Shown here: piece by piece, positions 14,030 to 27,855 of the stretch
How positions within the stretch are numbered: the stretch's first letter is position 1
How the letters are laid out: each line of letters opens with the position of its first letter
Assembly: GCA_050084985.1 (NCBI GenBank)
Contig: JBITNC010000002.1
Location: 16,554,001-16,618,000, forward strand
Reading direction: 5' to 3'
From: Nageia nagi
Taxonomy: Eukaryota > Plantae > Pinophyta
DNA length: 64,000 bases
Notes under the pieces: generated by a model
Databases searched by the model: none
What the model was told of the DNA's origin: nothing
The model's input: the letters and a program-made list of their open reading frames with translations, nothing else
Made by a program: the position numbers and the translations under genes

Positions 14030-16520
14030 ACATGTAGATAGATAGATAAGTTTAATAACATCCTTTTATTTAACTCAAGAATTTTGTAGGACATATCAAT
14101 GTTCATCCAAAAGTTTTTACAAACATATAGTTGAATGATTATTTCTCACAAACACATAAGAGATTAATATGAATACTTGGCAAATGGGTTTGAAAACTTT
14201 GCCAACAAGGGTAAATTATTTTTCCAATGAGTTTAAACATTTGACCAATAAGGTTAGACATTACAGGTCAACAAGGTTAAACACTTAGTTAACAGGGTTA
14301 AACATTTAGCCAACAAATTTTAAGAGTTTAATGGTTAAGGGTTTAACATTTTAATGGTTTAGGAGTTTAGGGTTTAAGATTTAGCTTTTAAAAGTTAAGG
14401 GTTTATGTTTTAGGGATTTATAATTTAGGGTTTATAGTTTGTAGAACTTTTCAACATTTATCTAAAAGTGAATAAATAGATAGATAAGTCTTTTCATATC
14501 CTTTTAAACCTAATTGGATTGTAGTACTTATCAAATTTTATCCAAAAGTATTTACAAACATATAGTTTTCTAATTATTTCTCATAAATAAATATAATATT
14601 AATATGACCACTTGGTCAAAGCGGTTAAACATTTAACCAATGCAGTTGTACATTTTTCCAATGGGGTTAAACATTTGGCAAATGGGGTTAAATATTATGT
14701 TAAAGGGATTAAAGAGTTTAAGGGTTAAGGGTTTAGGGAGTATGGTTTTAGTGTTTAATATTTTAGGGTTTACATTTTTAGTGTTTATATTTTAGTGGTT
14801 TAAGGCTTAAGAGTTTAGGGCTTAAGAGTTTAAGGGTTTAGGGTTTAAGGTTTTATGGTTTACATTTTAATATTTAGGTTTTAGTGGTTTAGGGATTAAG
14901 GGTTTATGTGTTTAGGATTTAGAGTTTAGGGTTTGTAGGTCCTTTGAAATTTTGACCAACAATGTTAAATATTTGGCTAATAGTGTTAAACATTTGGCCA
15001 ATGGGATTAAATAGTTTAAGTGTTTAATTTTTTTTACATGAAATAAGACATACCTCATATATTTAAGTAGGATTTATAGATTTAGAATTTAGGGTTTATA
15101 GTTTGAAGGACCTATTAAAGTTTTTCTAGAAGTGAATAGATAAATAGATAAGTATTTTAATATCATTTTGAACCTAATTGGATTGTAGGACCTATCAAAG
15201 TTGATCCAAAACCATTTACAAACATAAAGTTGTATACTTATTAATCACAAATAAATAGGAGATTAATATGACCACTTCACCAAATTGATTAAATATTTAC
15301 CAACAAAGTTAGACATTTGGCTAATGGGGTTAAACATTTGGCCAATGGGGTTAAACATTATGTTAAAGGGGTTAAAGAGTTTATGCATTATCAGGGTTTA
15401 AGAGTTTAAGGGTTAAAGTTTTAATAGTTTAAGGGTTTAAGATTTATGATTTTATGGTTGTAGGGAATATGGTTTTAGAGTTTACATTTTAGTTTTTAGG
15501 TTTTAGTAGTTTAGTGCTTAAGGGTTTAAGATTTAGGTTTTATGGGTTTAGGGTTTTTAGGTCCTATCAAAGTTTGACCAACTGGGTTAAACATTTAGCT
15601 AATAGTGTTAAATATTTGACCAATGATATTAAAGAGTTTAAGTGTTTAATATTATTTTACATGAAATAAGACATACCTCATCTATTTAGGTAGGTTTTAG
15701 GGATTTAGAATTTAGGGTCTATAATTTGTAGGACCTATCAAAGTTTGTCTAGAAGTAAATAGATAGATATATAAGTCTTTTATATTTTAGTTTTTAGGTT
15801 TTATCAGTTTAGCACTTAAGGGTTTAGGTTTTAGTGGTTTAAGGTTTAGAGTTTAGGGTTTATAGGTCCTATAAAAGTTTGACCAATGGGGTTAAACATT
15901 TGGCCAATAGGATTAAAGAGTTTAAGTGTTTAAGATTTTTTACATGAAATAAGACATACCTCATCTATTTAAGTAGGTTTTAGGGATATTGAATTTAGGA
16001 TTTATATTTTGTAGGACCTGTCAAAGTTTATTTAAAAGTGAATAAATAGATAGATAAGTCTTTTAATATCCTTTTAAACCTAATTGGATTGTAATACCTA
16101 TCAAAGTTTATTCAAAAGTATTTACAAATATATATTTATATGATTGTTTCTCACAAACAAATAGGATTAATACGACCACTTAGCAAAAGCGGTTAAACAT
16201 TTTGCCAATGGGGTTATACATTTGGCCAACAAGGTTAAACATTTGGCTAATGGGGTTAAACATTATATTAAAGGGGTTAAATAGTTTAAGGGTTATTTGG
16301 GTTTAAGAGTTAAGGGTTCAAGGATTTAGGGAATAGGGTTTAGGGTTTACATTTTAGTGTTTAGGTTTTAGTGGTTTAGGGCTTAAGGATTTAGAGTTTA
16401 GGTTTTAGGGGTTTAGGGTTTATAAGTCCTATAGAACTTTGTTCAACAAGGTTAAACATTTGGGCAACAAGATTAAATATTTTTACATGAAATAAGACAT
16501 ACCTCATCTATTTAAGTAGG
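14030..16520 (+). repeat. Degenerate TTTAGGG/TTAAGGG-like array with ~22-bp GGGTTAAACATTTGGCCAA units in higher-order blocks
   Basis: Many GGTTTAGGG/TTAAGGG variants; block marker TAGATAGATAAGT recurs near 14035, 14475, 15140, 15760, 16045. Confidence 0.85.
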
Positions 16521-17749
16521 ATTCCCATATTTGAACAAAATTATAGTTAAGAATTAGTAGTAGTTTATCCTCCTAATTAGTTTATTGATTTTATCTTCAT
16601 AGTTTCATACATCTCCATGCTTAATGTAAAGAGAAAAGGAAGGGGAAGGGGTGAGGGGAAGGGAATGGGGAAGGGGTGGAATGCGAGATAGCTTCTCTTG
16701 TAAATCAACTCTTGAATGGTATTAAAATTAGGATAATCATATGTCACAAAAGGATAGAATATATATATATATATATATATTGATTTCTTAGTTTACAATT
16801 TTCCTTAAGTTTACATCATGCTACTATATATTGGTTACTTAGTTTCTTAAATTTCAACTAACTATTAGCTTAATGCTTGATCAAGTCCTCAACAACTCAC
16901 TAATTAATTGTTGTATGTTTCCTTTTTTTCCCTCTATAGTAAAATTTGGTATGTCTTTAAATCCATCTTTGAATGATATTGAAAATGAGAATAATGAAAC
17001 ATATAATGTAGATATATCTTCTAATCCATGTTTTGATAATACTGATGATATCAATCATGTTATTGAAAAAAATGAAATAATAAATGAGATTTAAATTCCT
17101 AGTAGTTTGGATAAATGACATGATCATAATAGTTATTTTTTTGAATTAAATGCAATATCTTAAATGATATTCCTGGTAAGATATACTCAAAGATAAATAG
17201 AAAATATGAAAATAAAATATATGATCAATTTTTCCTTAATAAGGAGTTAGGATTTCAATGTCAACTCATGTTACACATTTGAGAATGTAAAAAATGAGAA
17301 TAGTAATGAAAACTTTAGCTATTTGTGTGAAAAAAGAGAAACCCCTAAAATAATTTATGTCCACTATTGCTATTGCCATGGACTCTATTAGAAAAAAAAA
17401 GAGTCGATCTAAAGATAGGAATGTGGCATGATGAGAGATAACAACTGTTTTAGTAAATAAAATAACTTCACAAAAAAATGATTGGTAACCGTAGTGGATA
17501 TGTAATTGTGCACTATAAAACTTTGAAAATAACCATCAAGATAAGAAAGAGTATTGAAATTGATCCAACCAACTAATGTTGGAGTTTTAGTGTCAGACTT
17601 CCTAAGTTTGACATGAAATTAACTAACAAGTTCAAACTTATAATTGAGAAATATTGACATGATAATAAAAGGGTATCATATAATACTAAATATGTTTTAA
17701 AAGGAAGAATTATAGGGTAAAAATATCATCAACATGAGCATACAAAATA

Positions 17750-19304
17750 CTTTTTAGATATGACTTAAAGTCAATTGTATAAAAAAAATTTAAATGATAA
17801 AATTTTAAGTACATTTAATATTAGCATAAGTTAAATATATTTTGAGAAATGCAAACCTTATTATGTTAGAATTAACAAGCAAAGAATAACATGTTGTTGT
17901 AAACCTCATATTCAATTTAGATATTATTATCAAGTTTTTCAACATATATATGGTACTTTGAATAGTAATGATTTTATGTAGCAATGTGGTTTTAATAAAA
18001 TACCTAAATCTATGTATGTGTTTATAGGAGGTTAATTTTGCCAAATTTCAGATTGCCAATCATTTTATTCAAATGCATGTATTTTAGGACAATGTAGTAG
18101 ATGTGGTAACCTTTTATTTTTAGTAAAGTGTATGCATTGAATATCAAAAAATTTGGATAAACATTACTGGATGTCAAAAAATTCAAGAATGTTGAGTATG
18201 CATTAAGGGATGGAAAAATTAGAAAGTGTGTTAATCTAATCAATAAAAAAGTTAATGTGCATATATTCATGGATGATTTTAAGAGTAAGTTTATTCTAAT
18301 ATGTGAAACATTATCAATATGCTTGTTGGATTAATAGTGAATTTCATCAATGTAGAAACATATTTTTATATGGAACTATATTATCAATCATAGACTTTGC
18401 AAAGAACTATACTCTTGCACCAAAAGAAGAAATACAGTCTCAATATTATAATTCTCAGCATGTTTCCATTTTTGTTCATATCGTATATAGACATGCAGAT
18501 GAGAGTACAAAAGAAAATATAAGATTTTTGAGGGAGTATCATTTCTATGTGAGTTATAGCCAATTATACTCACCAAAGTTTATCCAATTTTGCTTTAAGA
18601 TATTTTATAATAATTTGAATGAAAGAAATATTCAAATGGTACAACATTTCATATGGTCAGATAGTTGTATGGGATAATTTAAGAATGCATGAATATTTTA
18701 TTAGCTAAGTAGGATGCATAAATAACATAATATCCAACATATGTGTTCTTTTTTTGAAGCTAGACATGGTAAAGGTGAACATGATGGAGCTAGTGCAGAT
18801 GTGAAAAGAGCTCTTGCTAGAGAAAAACATTAATTTGAAGATACAATAAAATTTCAAGATGCATGTTCAATTGTAAATTAGTGTAATACAAATATATCTA
18901 CTGGATCAAAAAAGAATTATATAATTTGACTATTTTTTTGGTTAGTTGAAGAAAATGATATTATGAGTCATTATAATTATGAGATAATCAATGGATCAAT
19001 GAAATGGTATTCATTTAGGAGTCCAAATGCAAACACATGGACCATTTGGACAAGGGAGCTTGCGTATTTTTGTTAGTATTATATTCCAAGTGATTGGAAT
19101 GAATGTACAAAAACAAAATGGGTTGAGGAATGGAAATAAAAATCTTTATCACCTACAAAAGCACATGGTGAACAATAAACTACAATTAAAGATGAGAATC
19201 AACTATTTGAATAGCGTAACTATGATCATGTCTTAGAAATTTTGCAAGAAGGTAATTTTATTCAATTTGAATTATGTTCTTTATTTTAGTTTATTTATAA
19301 GAAT

Positions 19305-19357
<53 letters not shown>

Positions 19358-19785
19358 AACTAATTTTATATGTCACACTTTATTGATATAAATTTTATTT
19401 GTAAGACATGTGTATGTCATTATGGCACATGAGGGAAGTTAAGAGGAAACAAAGTATTGGTTGACTTGATGCATTGAGAGAAAACATAAGTTAACTTGTT
19501 ATCAATGTACTGATGGTGTTTGATTATCCAAGAAGTTTTGTGGTGTTTGTTGGCACATGGATAAAAAAATTAAAATAAGAAGGAATGGTTTGGGAACATA
19601 CAAAGACTATGAAACACATAAGAAGATTATACACTAATATCATTTGGTGCTGATAACAAATATAAAACTATCTAAATATATATGGAGATCTTATACAAGA
19701 GTGTTGTGAAATATTTCAATGCAATATCATGAGGCAAGTATGAATGCATTGCATGAAAGAGAGGATGTAGATGGTATAGCTAACT
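17750..19785 (+). pseudogene. Decayed Sola2-type DDD transposase
   Basis: DFAKNY..EIQSQYY (ORF 18303-18677), HFIWSDSCMG*FKN, FFEARHGKGEHDGASADVKRALARE (~18750-18825), Cys-rich N-terminal CILGQCSRCG; many stops; probable intron from ~19252. Superfamily is recalled from the DFxENY/SD/HGKxxxDG motif set. Confidence 0.7.
19306..19355. repeat. (CA)25 microsatellite
   Basis: Perfect CA run. Confidence 0.97.
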
Positions 19786-19807
19786 AAAAAATACATTTAA
19801 GTTTATC

Positions 19808-20150
19808 TTCCCTTCTCCCTTCCCCTTTAATCCTTAATCTTTTTAAGCCATCTCATTACTCCCCTTAAGCCATCCCCTTAGGCCACCCCTTAATCCTTAG
19901 ATGCCTTAAGCCATAATCCTTAATCCCCTTAATCCAACCTATTACTCCCCTTAAGTCATCCCCTTAATCCCCTTAATCCATCCCCTTAGGTTACCCGCTT
20001 AATTCTTAAACCCCCCTTTACTCCATAATCCTTAATCCTCTTAATCTAGCCTATTAATCCCATTAATCCATCCCCTTAACCCTCTTAAGCCATCCTCTTA
20101 GGCCACACCCTTAATCCTTAAACCATCCCATTAATCCCATCAATCCATTA
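19808..20150 (-). repeat. CCCTTAA-rich degenerate array (TTAAGGG on minus strand)
   Basis: Repeated CCCCTTAA/CCTTAA/CCATCCCCTTA motifs. Confidence 0.85.
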
Positions 20151-20364
20151 AGTTCAAATTCATTTAAATATCGTATTTTAAGTCATCTCGTAATTTTACA
20201 TTGCTTATAAATTTTATTTCAAGTCTCCCACATCTAATGGGTTAGTGACTATTGCTTGTGCATTTAATTGGTGAGATATATTTAGAGGTAAGGAATAAAT
20301 TACTTACATGTTATATATGCATTTAATTATTACATATGAATTTTGATCTTTTTGTTTCATGTCA

Positions 20365-20437
20365 TCTATCTTAGCTCAATTGGTAGAGCAAGTGGCTTTT
20401 AACCACATGGTCGTGAGTTTGATTCCCATAAATAACA
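20365..20437 (+). pseudogene. tRNA-Lys(UUU) pseudogene
   Basis: TAGCTCAATTGGTAGAGC (D arm/A box), GTGG-CTTTTAA-CCAC anticodon arm (TTT at 20398-20400), GAGTTTGATTCCC (decayed B box); acceptor stem broken. Confidence 0.85.
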
Positions 20438-21419
20438 TATACCTATTGAACAATTCCATCACAAGCTTCTTTAAGAGTCTTTGAAGGGTTTTTGATTTAA
20501 TAAATTCAATTGGAAATGGATTGGGAACAATGATATGTTTATGTTTATCAGACTTGCCTTTGTAGTTTATCATCATCTTAATTGAGAAGTTATGTTTATC
20601 ATATTTATGTTTTTGTTTATCTCTAAGGTGTTTGTGTTATATTGTAGTTGTTATCATTATTTACATGCTTATTACAGGCCATTTTTATTTTTCTTTATAT
20701 CTTGGTTGTTATCATTTTTAAAGTGTTTTGTGCTTATAATTTATTTTTATCTCTAAGGTTCTTATTGCAACCCATTTTTATTCATCTTCTTTATATTGTA
20801 TTATGTGATTAGAAATAGATTATGTTTAATTAGATGCTTATTGCAATCATTTTTATTCTTTATTATTGTTAAAGTGTTAATATTATGGTTGTTAGATCTT
20901 TATTTGCATGCTTATTGCAAATGAAATTTTTATTCTTCTTCTTTATATTGTGGATGTTATTGTTATAGTTGTTAAAATATTTATGTTTTTGATTTATGTT
21001 TATCTCTAAAATGTTGTATTATGGTTGCTATCGTTATTTACATGCTTATGTTATTGTACATCTTTTGGATTAAGTTAAATTACACATGCTTAAAAATGAT
21101 TATACATCTAACTTATGATTGTATATGCCTAGTTCATTTGAATGTTCAATTTAATGCTTATGCATGAAAATATCATAACAACATCATAATCATCAACATC
21201 CATTGAATAACATCATCAACATAATAACATAGTTCATAAGAATGCCCATACAAAAAATGCCCATATAAAAAATTTCCATAGTATATAGTCCATAAGAATG
21301 TCCAAAGTCCACCATAACATGTCTATCCACACATCATTGTCGTACATATATATCATAATTTACAACTAGAACATACAAAAAAATCTACATGTAATTAATC
21401 CTAGATCTATCTATCTAGG

Positions 21420-23260
21420 ACTAGATGTGTCTCCATCATCGATCATCCTATTCCTTTTAAGTGATGCAAATGCCCCATACTGTACAAAATAAAGAAACTT
21501 AACTTATCATATATTATCATTCATATTTCAAATTCCTTTAAACATCAAATAAAATAAGTTTTCAATATAGATTTACACTATAAAAATGTATAAATATTAT
21601 CATATCATGTTGCTTAGATCCTTTGATAGCCATTATAACCTACTACGTAGATGGTATACCCATCTCATCAATATGAAAAGTGTGAGAAATAACATCCTAC
21701 AAGAACAAATAAAACACTACTAAATAAAAAAAATATATATATTTTTTAATATATATTTTTAAGACTTGACAATTGCATACATACATAAAAATTTATTTAA
21801 AAAATGAACTAAAATGATGTATATGTATGAGTGTTAAACTATGGAATGATGGAAATTGAAGTAGCCATAGACATGCCCTTTGGTCGATCTAATGATGTAA
21901 ATGTCTAAGCATCAAAATATGGAATAATTAACACTTGAAGAGACATTGACATGCCCTCTAGTCCATCAGATGGGGGTCATCTCAAGCCCTCCCTGGAATA
22001 ACAATTTTGTTTTAGCATGTACATGTACATATTCAAATGTGAATATCTAATAAAATTAACGTGAAATTTTTTAAACTCCATAAATCTATTTATCTCATAA
22101 GGTGCACCACTAGGTCTAGGAGTCAGATCATATAAGTTTTATGAGATGCATTTGATGTGGATGCTACCATCATCTATAAATTTTTTTTTTATAAAGGTAT
22201 TTAAAATTATAAATACACATGTACATTAATACAAGTAGAATATGACACACATGTACCTATCTGCTAGAAAAATCAACATAATCCATTGACATCATCTTTA
22301 TATAAGATACCCCATGATCAGCTGTAGTGTGGCCAACACATATATCATAACAAATTTGGAAAAAATGGGGAGTAACTCCACTAACTACTCCATGATCTTT
22401 ATGCTCACTAACATCATCTACCACATGGGTAGCTTGTTCAATGTGAGTGTGGATGACCTAACTCAAAGATTCCAATATCAAAACCATTGCTTGATGAAAA
22501 TAAGGTGTAGGAATAAGAGGAGTAGGAGGATAGATGAGAGGTGCAAGATGTGAGTCTATCTGGATTGACCCATGCCCCTAGTCTATTCTACCCTGAGCCA
22601 TGACTAATGATCTAATTACATCTCATGTTAAAATAATTAACATGTCTTCCCAAATGACACTTAACATATAATTTCTTCCAAAAATACAAAGGGGAATTAG
22701 AATTAGAATATGGTGGTTTATCAAATAACATCCACCTTCAATCCTAAAACCTTTAAGATATCACTGGATGTTAACACCAATCATAAAGAATTATTTATTT
22801 ATTATGGGGTATGGGTTCTCCAGTAGATGGATTAATGATGAATAGAGAAAGGGTGGCTTTAGTGATACCTAACTTATTGACATCTTGAGTGGACATACCA
22901 TTTGAAAAGTGATCTCTTATGCGGTCTCTCCAAGAGTCAAAATCATACATATCCCCATCAACAGATCTAACAATGTCAACTATGATTTGTATCAAATATG
23001 CAAACCATACAACATGGCTTGGGTAACTACGAATATTGTTTATGTGATTTATTTTTCTTTATAAATCAATCATATTTTGATCAATAATATCTTGTAATTA
23101 TTTCTCATCTATATTAGCGAGTGGGGATGGGGGTTAGGGTGGAGGAGGATGGGATGGAGGTTGGCACGTGGAGAGGGTGAATTGTGTGGGATATTTTGGT
23201 TTACCTCATCCAATGTGTCATATATACCATGATAAAGATCATCAGATGTCTCATCCATGA
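21420..23260 (-). pseudogene. Decayed multi-exon gene of unknown product, probably a transposon accessory gene
   Basis: Coding-like blocks (ORF 22795-22995, Pro-rich block ~23120-23200) alternate with AT-rich intron-like segments; lies between the transposase and the terminus. No family recognised. Confidence 0.35.
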
Positions 23261-23359
23261 TCACAAAAGGGCACTTGCAAACATTACCAATTACATAGAA
23301 ATAGAAATAAACTCAATTACAAAGAAATATAACTATAAATAAGATCAATTACATAGAAA

Positions 23360-24310
23360 TTTTCATCAAACTAAACTAAATCTTCATCAAACAAACCTAA
23401 CCTAAAATTTTCATCAAACTAACCTAAAGTTTCATCAAACGAACCTAATGTTTCATTAAATGAACCTAAAATTTTCATTAAACTAATCTAAAATTTTAAC
23501 AAACTAAACTAAATTTTCAACAAACTAACCTAAATTTTTATCAAACAAACCTAACATTTTGATCAAATTAACATAAATTTTTCAACAAACAAACCTAAAT
23601 TTTCATCAAACTAACCTAAATTTTCATCAGACTAACTTAAGTTTTGATCAAATTCATCTAAATTTTGATCAAATTATCCTAAATTTTCACCAATGTAATC
23701 TTAAAGTTTCATCAAATAAACTAAATTCTAATCAAACTAACCTAACCTAAAATTTTTATCAAACTTAGAACCTAAAATTTTCATCAAACTAACCTAAATT
23801 TTGATCAAACTAACCTAAAATTTTCAACAAAATAACCTAAATTTTCATCAAATTAACCTAAAATTTTCATCAAACTAACTTAAATTTTGATGAAACTAAC
23901 ATAAATTTTCATCAAACTAACTTAAAATTTTCATCAAACTATTCTAAAATTTCATCAAATTAACCTAATTTTTAATCAAAAAACCTATTTTTTTTTATCA
24001 AACTAACTCAAAATTTGATCAAACTAACCTGAAATTGTCATCAAACTAACTTAAATTTTGATCAAATTAACCTAAAATTTTCATCAAACTAAACTAAATG
24101 TTCATCAAAATAACTTAAAATTTTGATCAATATAACCTAAATTTTGATCAAACTAACCTAAATTTTGATCAAACTAACATATAATTTTATCAAACTAACC
24201 TAATTTTTTTATCAAACTAACCTAAAGTTTTATCAAACTTTTATCAAACTAACCTGATTTTTTTTTATCAAACTAGAACCTAAATTTTTATCAAACTAAC
24301 CTAAATTTGA
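23360..24310. repeat. 22-23-bp minisatellite (TTTTCATCAAACTAACCTAAA), about 40 copies
   Basis: Directly visible tandem unit. Confidence 0.95.
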
Positions 24311-24799
24311 TAAATAACTATTTTTTAAGGTCCAATACTAACCTATGAAGCATGTTTGAAGGAAGGAAAATGATAATATGATGGGGATACTATATCTTTC
24401 TTTTCATTGATAGATAAACGCTTAGTAATTTTTTTTATAATTATGGGCATATTTATATTACATAACAAACTAATTAAAATTTGGAGTTCAATTTGTGGTG
24501 ATGAGGATGCAATATTTTAGCTTAAATGTGAAAGAATAAAATTGTTATAGTTTACTTATGAAGGACTATAAGTGTTATGATTTGGTTAATTTATAACTAG
24601 GTATTTTTTACATGTTGTTTACATCTACTAATTTCATTATTAAACTCAAAAATTAAACTAATAAAATAAAAAATTTTATAAAATAAAAATTCATAAAAAA
24701 CATTACATTTTTAGTTAAAAAATTCCAAAAAAAGGAAATGGTTAATAGAGCTTACCTAGACAAAGCTTGATGAAACTGAAGGCAAGTAGGGGAAAAATA

Positions 24800-25121
24800 A
24801 TAATGAATTTTGGGATCTTGAAATGGACATTCGTCGATATTATGAGTGTTTTGAAGTTGCAAGCTATAGAGCTAAAGAACGAGCTCTGCATTCTGTTGCA
24901 TGATATTTATATTTTAAATATTGGAATCCCAAAATTTTAGTATCTCAATTTATTTCGGTATCTTGATCCTATATCAAGATATCGATATATCTAAGGTTAG
25001 GGATATCAAAACTATTAAATTAGGATCATGGTATATTTTATATCGAGATCTCAATATTTTTGAATCTAAATTTTCCACTTGCACTTCCTCTTCAAGTGGA
25101 CCCAGCTTCATACTTTCACCC
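24800..25121. mobile_element. Putative right terminus of the Sola2-like element
   Basis: GATC-palindrome-rich subterminal zone ending CTTTCACCC; similarity to 3574-3613 stops abruptly at that CCC. Confidence 0.55.
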
Positions 25122-27671
25122 AATCTTTAAATTCAATTTTATATTTTTCATACTTCTCTATTCTTCTTTGGATTATGCAATTTCAATACTTTTCATTATA
25201 TATCCAAAGAGGGAAAAATGTAGACACCTAAATATAATTTTCTATTTATTATTAAATCATATTGTAGGTATGTAGATAATAAATTATTTAAATAATGTAA
25301 ACATCTAGAATATGTAGATTAATGTGCTAATAGTTTATTAATCATATGCTAGTCAAGGATAATATCTTAATCATGTTTATATCTAGAATTATCTTAAGAA
25401 TATAATTAATATTATATATTCTTTTGTAATTGTATTGAGATGATTATTATTGTTTCATTATCAGATCTCACCTTCTTTTATGTATTTGTAGGCATAAATG
25501 GAGGAACATGACTTGACAATCCCTATCAAATCTCCCTAATAGGGGGTTATCAAATTACTTCACATCACATTATTGAAATCTCTTGATGCCACTGATCTAA
25601 AAAAATATTATTCTCTAAGCTTGATATTGTGCTATATTCTACTTGCATATACCCTTTCAATGTAACAGAAACAATGCATTCAATATTGGTGCTTTATGAA
25701 TACGACACATGTGGTGTTGGTACCCTACAATTATGATGTGTGCAATGTTATTCTTTGGTAAGTAGAGTGCTAGATCTGAAGAATGATAAGCATTTATTTA
25801 GATCCAATCCAATACACTACATATCTAATCACATCTTAAGGATTACTATCATATTAGGTACACACTTTATTGGTTATAGGAATTAAGATATATATAAGTG
25901 ATTGCATCATATTCATAATCTTTATTTAACTTTATTTTTTTATTGTAAATCATTATTTAGAGACTATAATCACCATATCCTTAGAGACCAATACAAATTC
26001 AAGTTATGTAATATGAAATCAAAGAATGAAGATAGTTTCATATTTATTTATCCCATCTATTATAAAATTCAAGATCATTTCCATTTCTTATTTAAAGATA
26101 CCCACACTATGAATTCATAGATGGATTACAAATATAAAAAAATGCATCATGAGCTCTATATTAGAGAAGCCACCCACATGATAGATCTTGCAACACATCG
26201 AGCCCTAGAATTATCACATCCTATTTTCAACCATAGGCAACAACAAATCAAAAGTGTCACATGAACTTTAAATATTCTTGAAGAACCACATATTGGTGCT
26301 TCATCACTAAATGCTAATGCACCTCTTTAACTCTCCATATATAAGTTTCCTACCTCACTCAAATCTATTGTATGTTATACTCTTTTTTGTTTACTTCACT
26401 CTTACATATTGGAGTTACACTAGATGTTCCTTTGCTCTAATTATATGTACTTTTATATAGTTTTGTTGATTATTTTTATCATCTACAAATATTAATATGA
26501 TAGTTTGAAGTGGAGATTCATATGATATTTGTCTATCTTTAACCCTAGAGGTAGATACCCTTAAAATTAAATTTAATGAATAGTACAAAATTATCCAATA
26601 TTTATAATAAACCCTCCAAAATTAATCTTCTCGATATTCTTTCATATCAAAAGAAAATGATTAGTAAAAACATATGCATCCAAATAATACTATTGAAATT
26701 AAATAATGAAAACTTGTAACTCCTTAAACTAACAAACATCCTTAATCCTTGTATGTTAGTTTCATTCCAAATAAATCATAGAAGTATTCTTTCATTATGA
26801 AGAACTCTTGCCTAATGGATGCCACATGGAAGTCACCATAAAATCTCCAATAATAATTTTCTAACTTCAATGTTTTAAGACAAATATTTCTCAAGGGGAT
26901 GGTATATATCTAAATCGCATCTCCTTAATCTTTGTAAAGAAATATGGATGCAAATACATGTCACTCATAATTCTAAGAGAATAAGAAAGAAATTATCTAG
27001 TGATAAATTGCAAACTTACATTGTTAAAAAATCATTCCAAGTTTGTAGAGAAAATATTGGTGGTACTAGAAGCCTTTAAACATAATTAAAAGAGATGACG
27101 GATGCACAGTGTTTACTTTTCAGCTGGAAAGCCAGAGTATTGATCAGGTAAATAATGAAGCCACCAACCAATGGGAAGAACTTAACATGCAAAATAAGCA
27201 AGTTCATGAAGTGTGAAACAACTATTTTTGAAAGCACTTCTTTAATTTCTTAGTAGTTTTTTAATGTGTTTTCTGGCTCCTATAATTTCTTAGTAGTTTT
27301 TTTTTTTTAATGTATTTTAAAACCTGAAAGAGATCTGGGTGCAAAAGAGATTTACAATCGATCAACCACAGTTGAAGAATTTCAAGCATGTATTGGCCTC
27401 ATCTGTACGCATTTTCTACTCCATTAAATTTTCAGAAATTTGTCACTTTCTCTAACGTTTAGTCTCTAGTTCGTTGAAAGAAAAAGTAAAACATTCAGAA
27501 CCATCTATTGAAATTAAAATACAGAATTTGAAACTTCAAAAAATAGAAGCAACCTTGGGATTAACTGAACTGTATAAATTTCACTCACATGCAGTATGAC
27601 ACGAACTGTTATTGTTGGAGTTGTGCAAATTTGGCAGATAATAATAATTTCAGTCCAAGCCAATAGATTTC

Positions 27672-27788
27672 CAAAAGCATTATTGAGCGTAGCATTGACG
27701 ACTCAATGGATTGGAATGGGCAGAAGAGCTGCCCATAATCCAAATACCTGCATTTTAGTCATCAACGCTGCGCTCAATGACGCTTTTG
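27672..27788 (-). ncRNA. MIR397: MIR397 precursor, copy 1; mature UCAUUGAGCGCAGCGUUGAUG (27760-27780)
   Basis: Mature arm differs from canonical UCAUUGAGUGCAGCGUUGAUG only at U9C; it pairs with 27680-27700 (2 mismatches, 2 G:U); basal stem CAAAAGC/GCTTTTG; inner stem ATGGGCAG/CTGCCCAT. Confidence 0.95.
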
Positions 27789-27855
27789 CTTTGGCAACTC
27801 ATCACTCCAAGCTTCTCGTACAAATTTGTTCATGGGAGAAGCCATGGAAGGATTG

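Noticed and set aside
14200-16520. True telomere or fusion site
   Set aside because: Heptamers are highly degenerate and interleaved with other units in higher-order blocks next to a transposase.
20365-20437. Functional tRNA-Lys gene
   Set aside because: Acceptor stem does not pair and the T-loop reads GTTTGA instead of GTTCGA.
23360-24310. CRISPR-like array (also the 70-, 50- and 35-bp repeats)
   Set aside because: No unique spacers, eukaryotic context, no cas genes; ordinary minisatellites.
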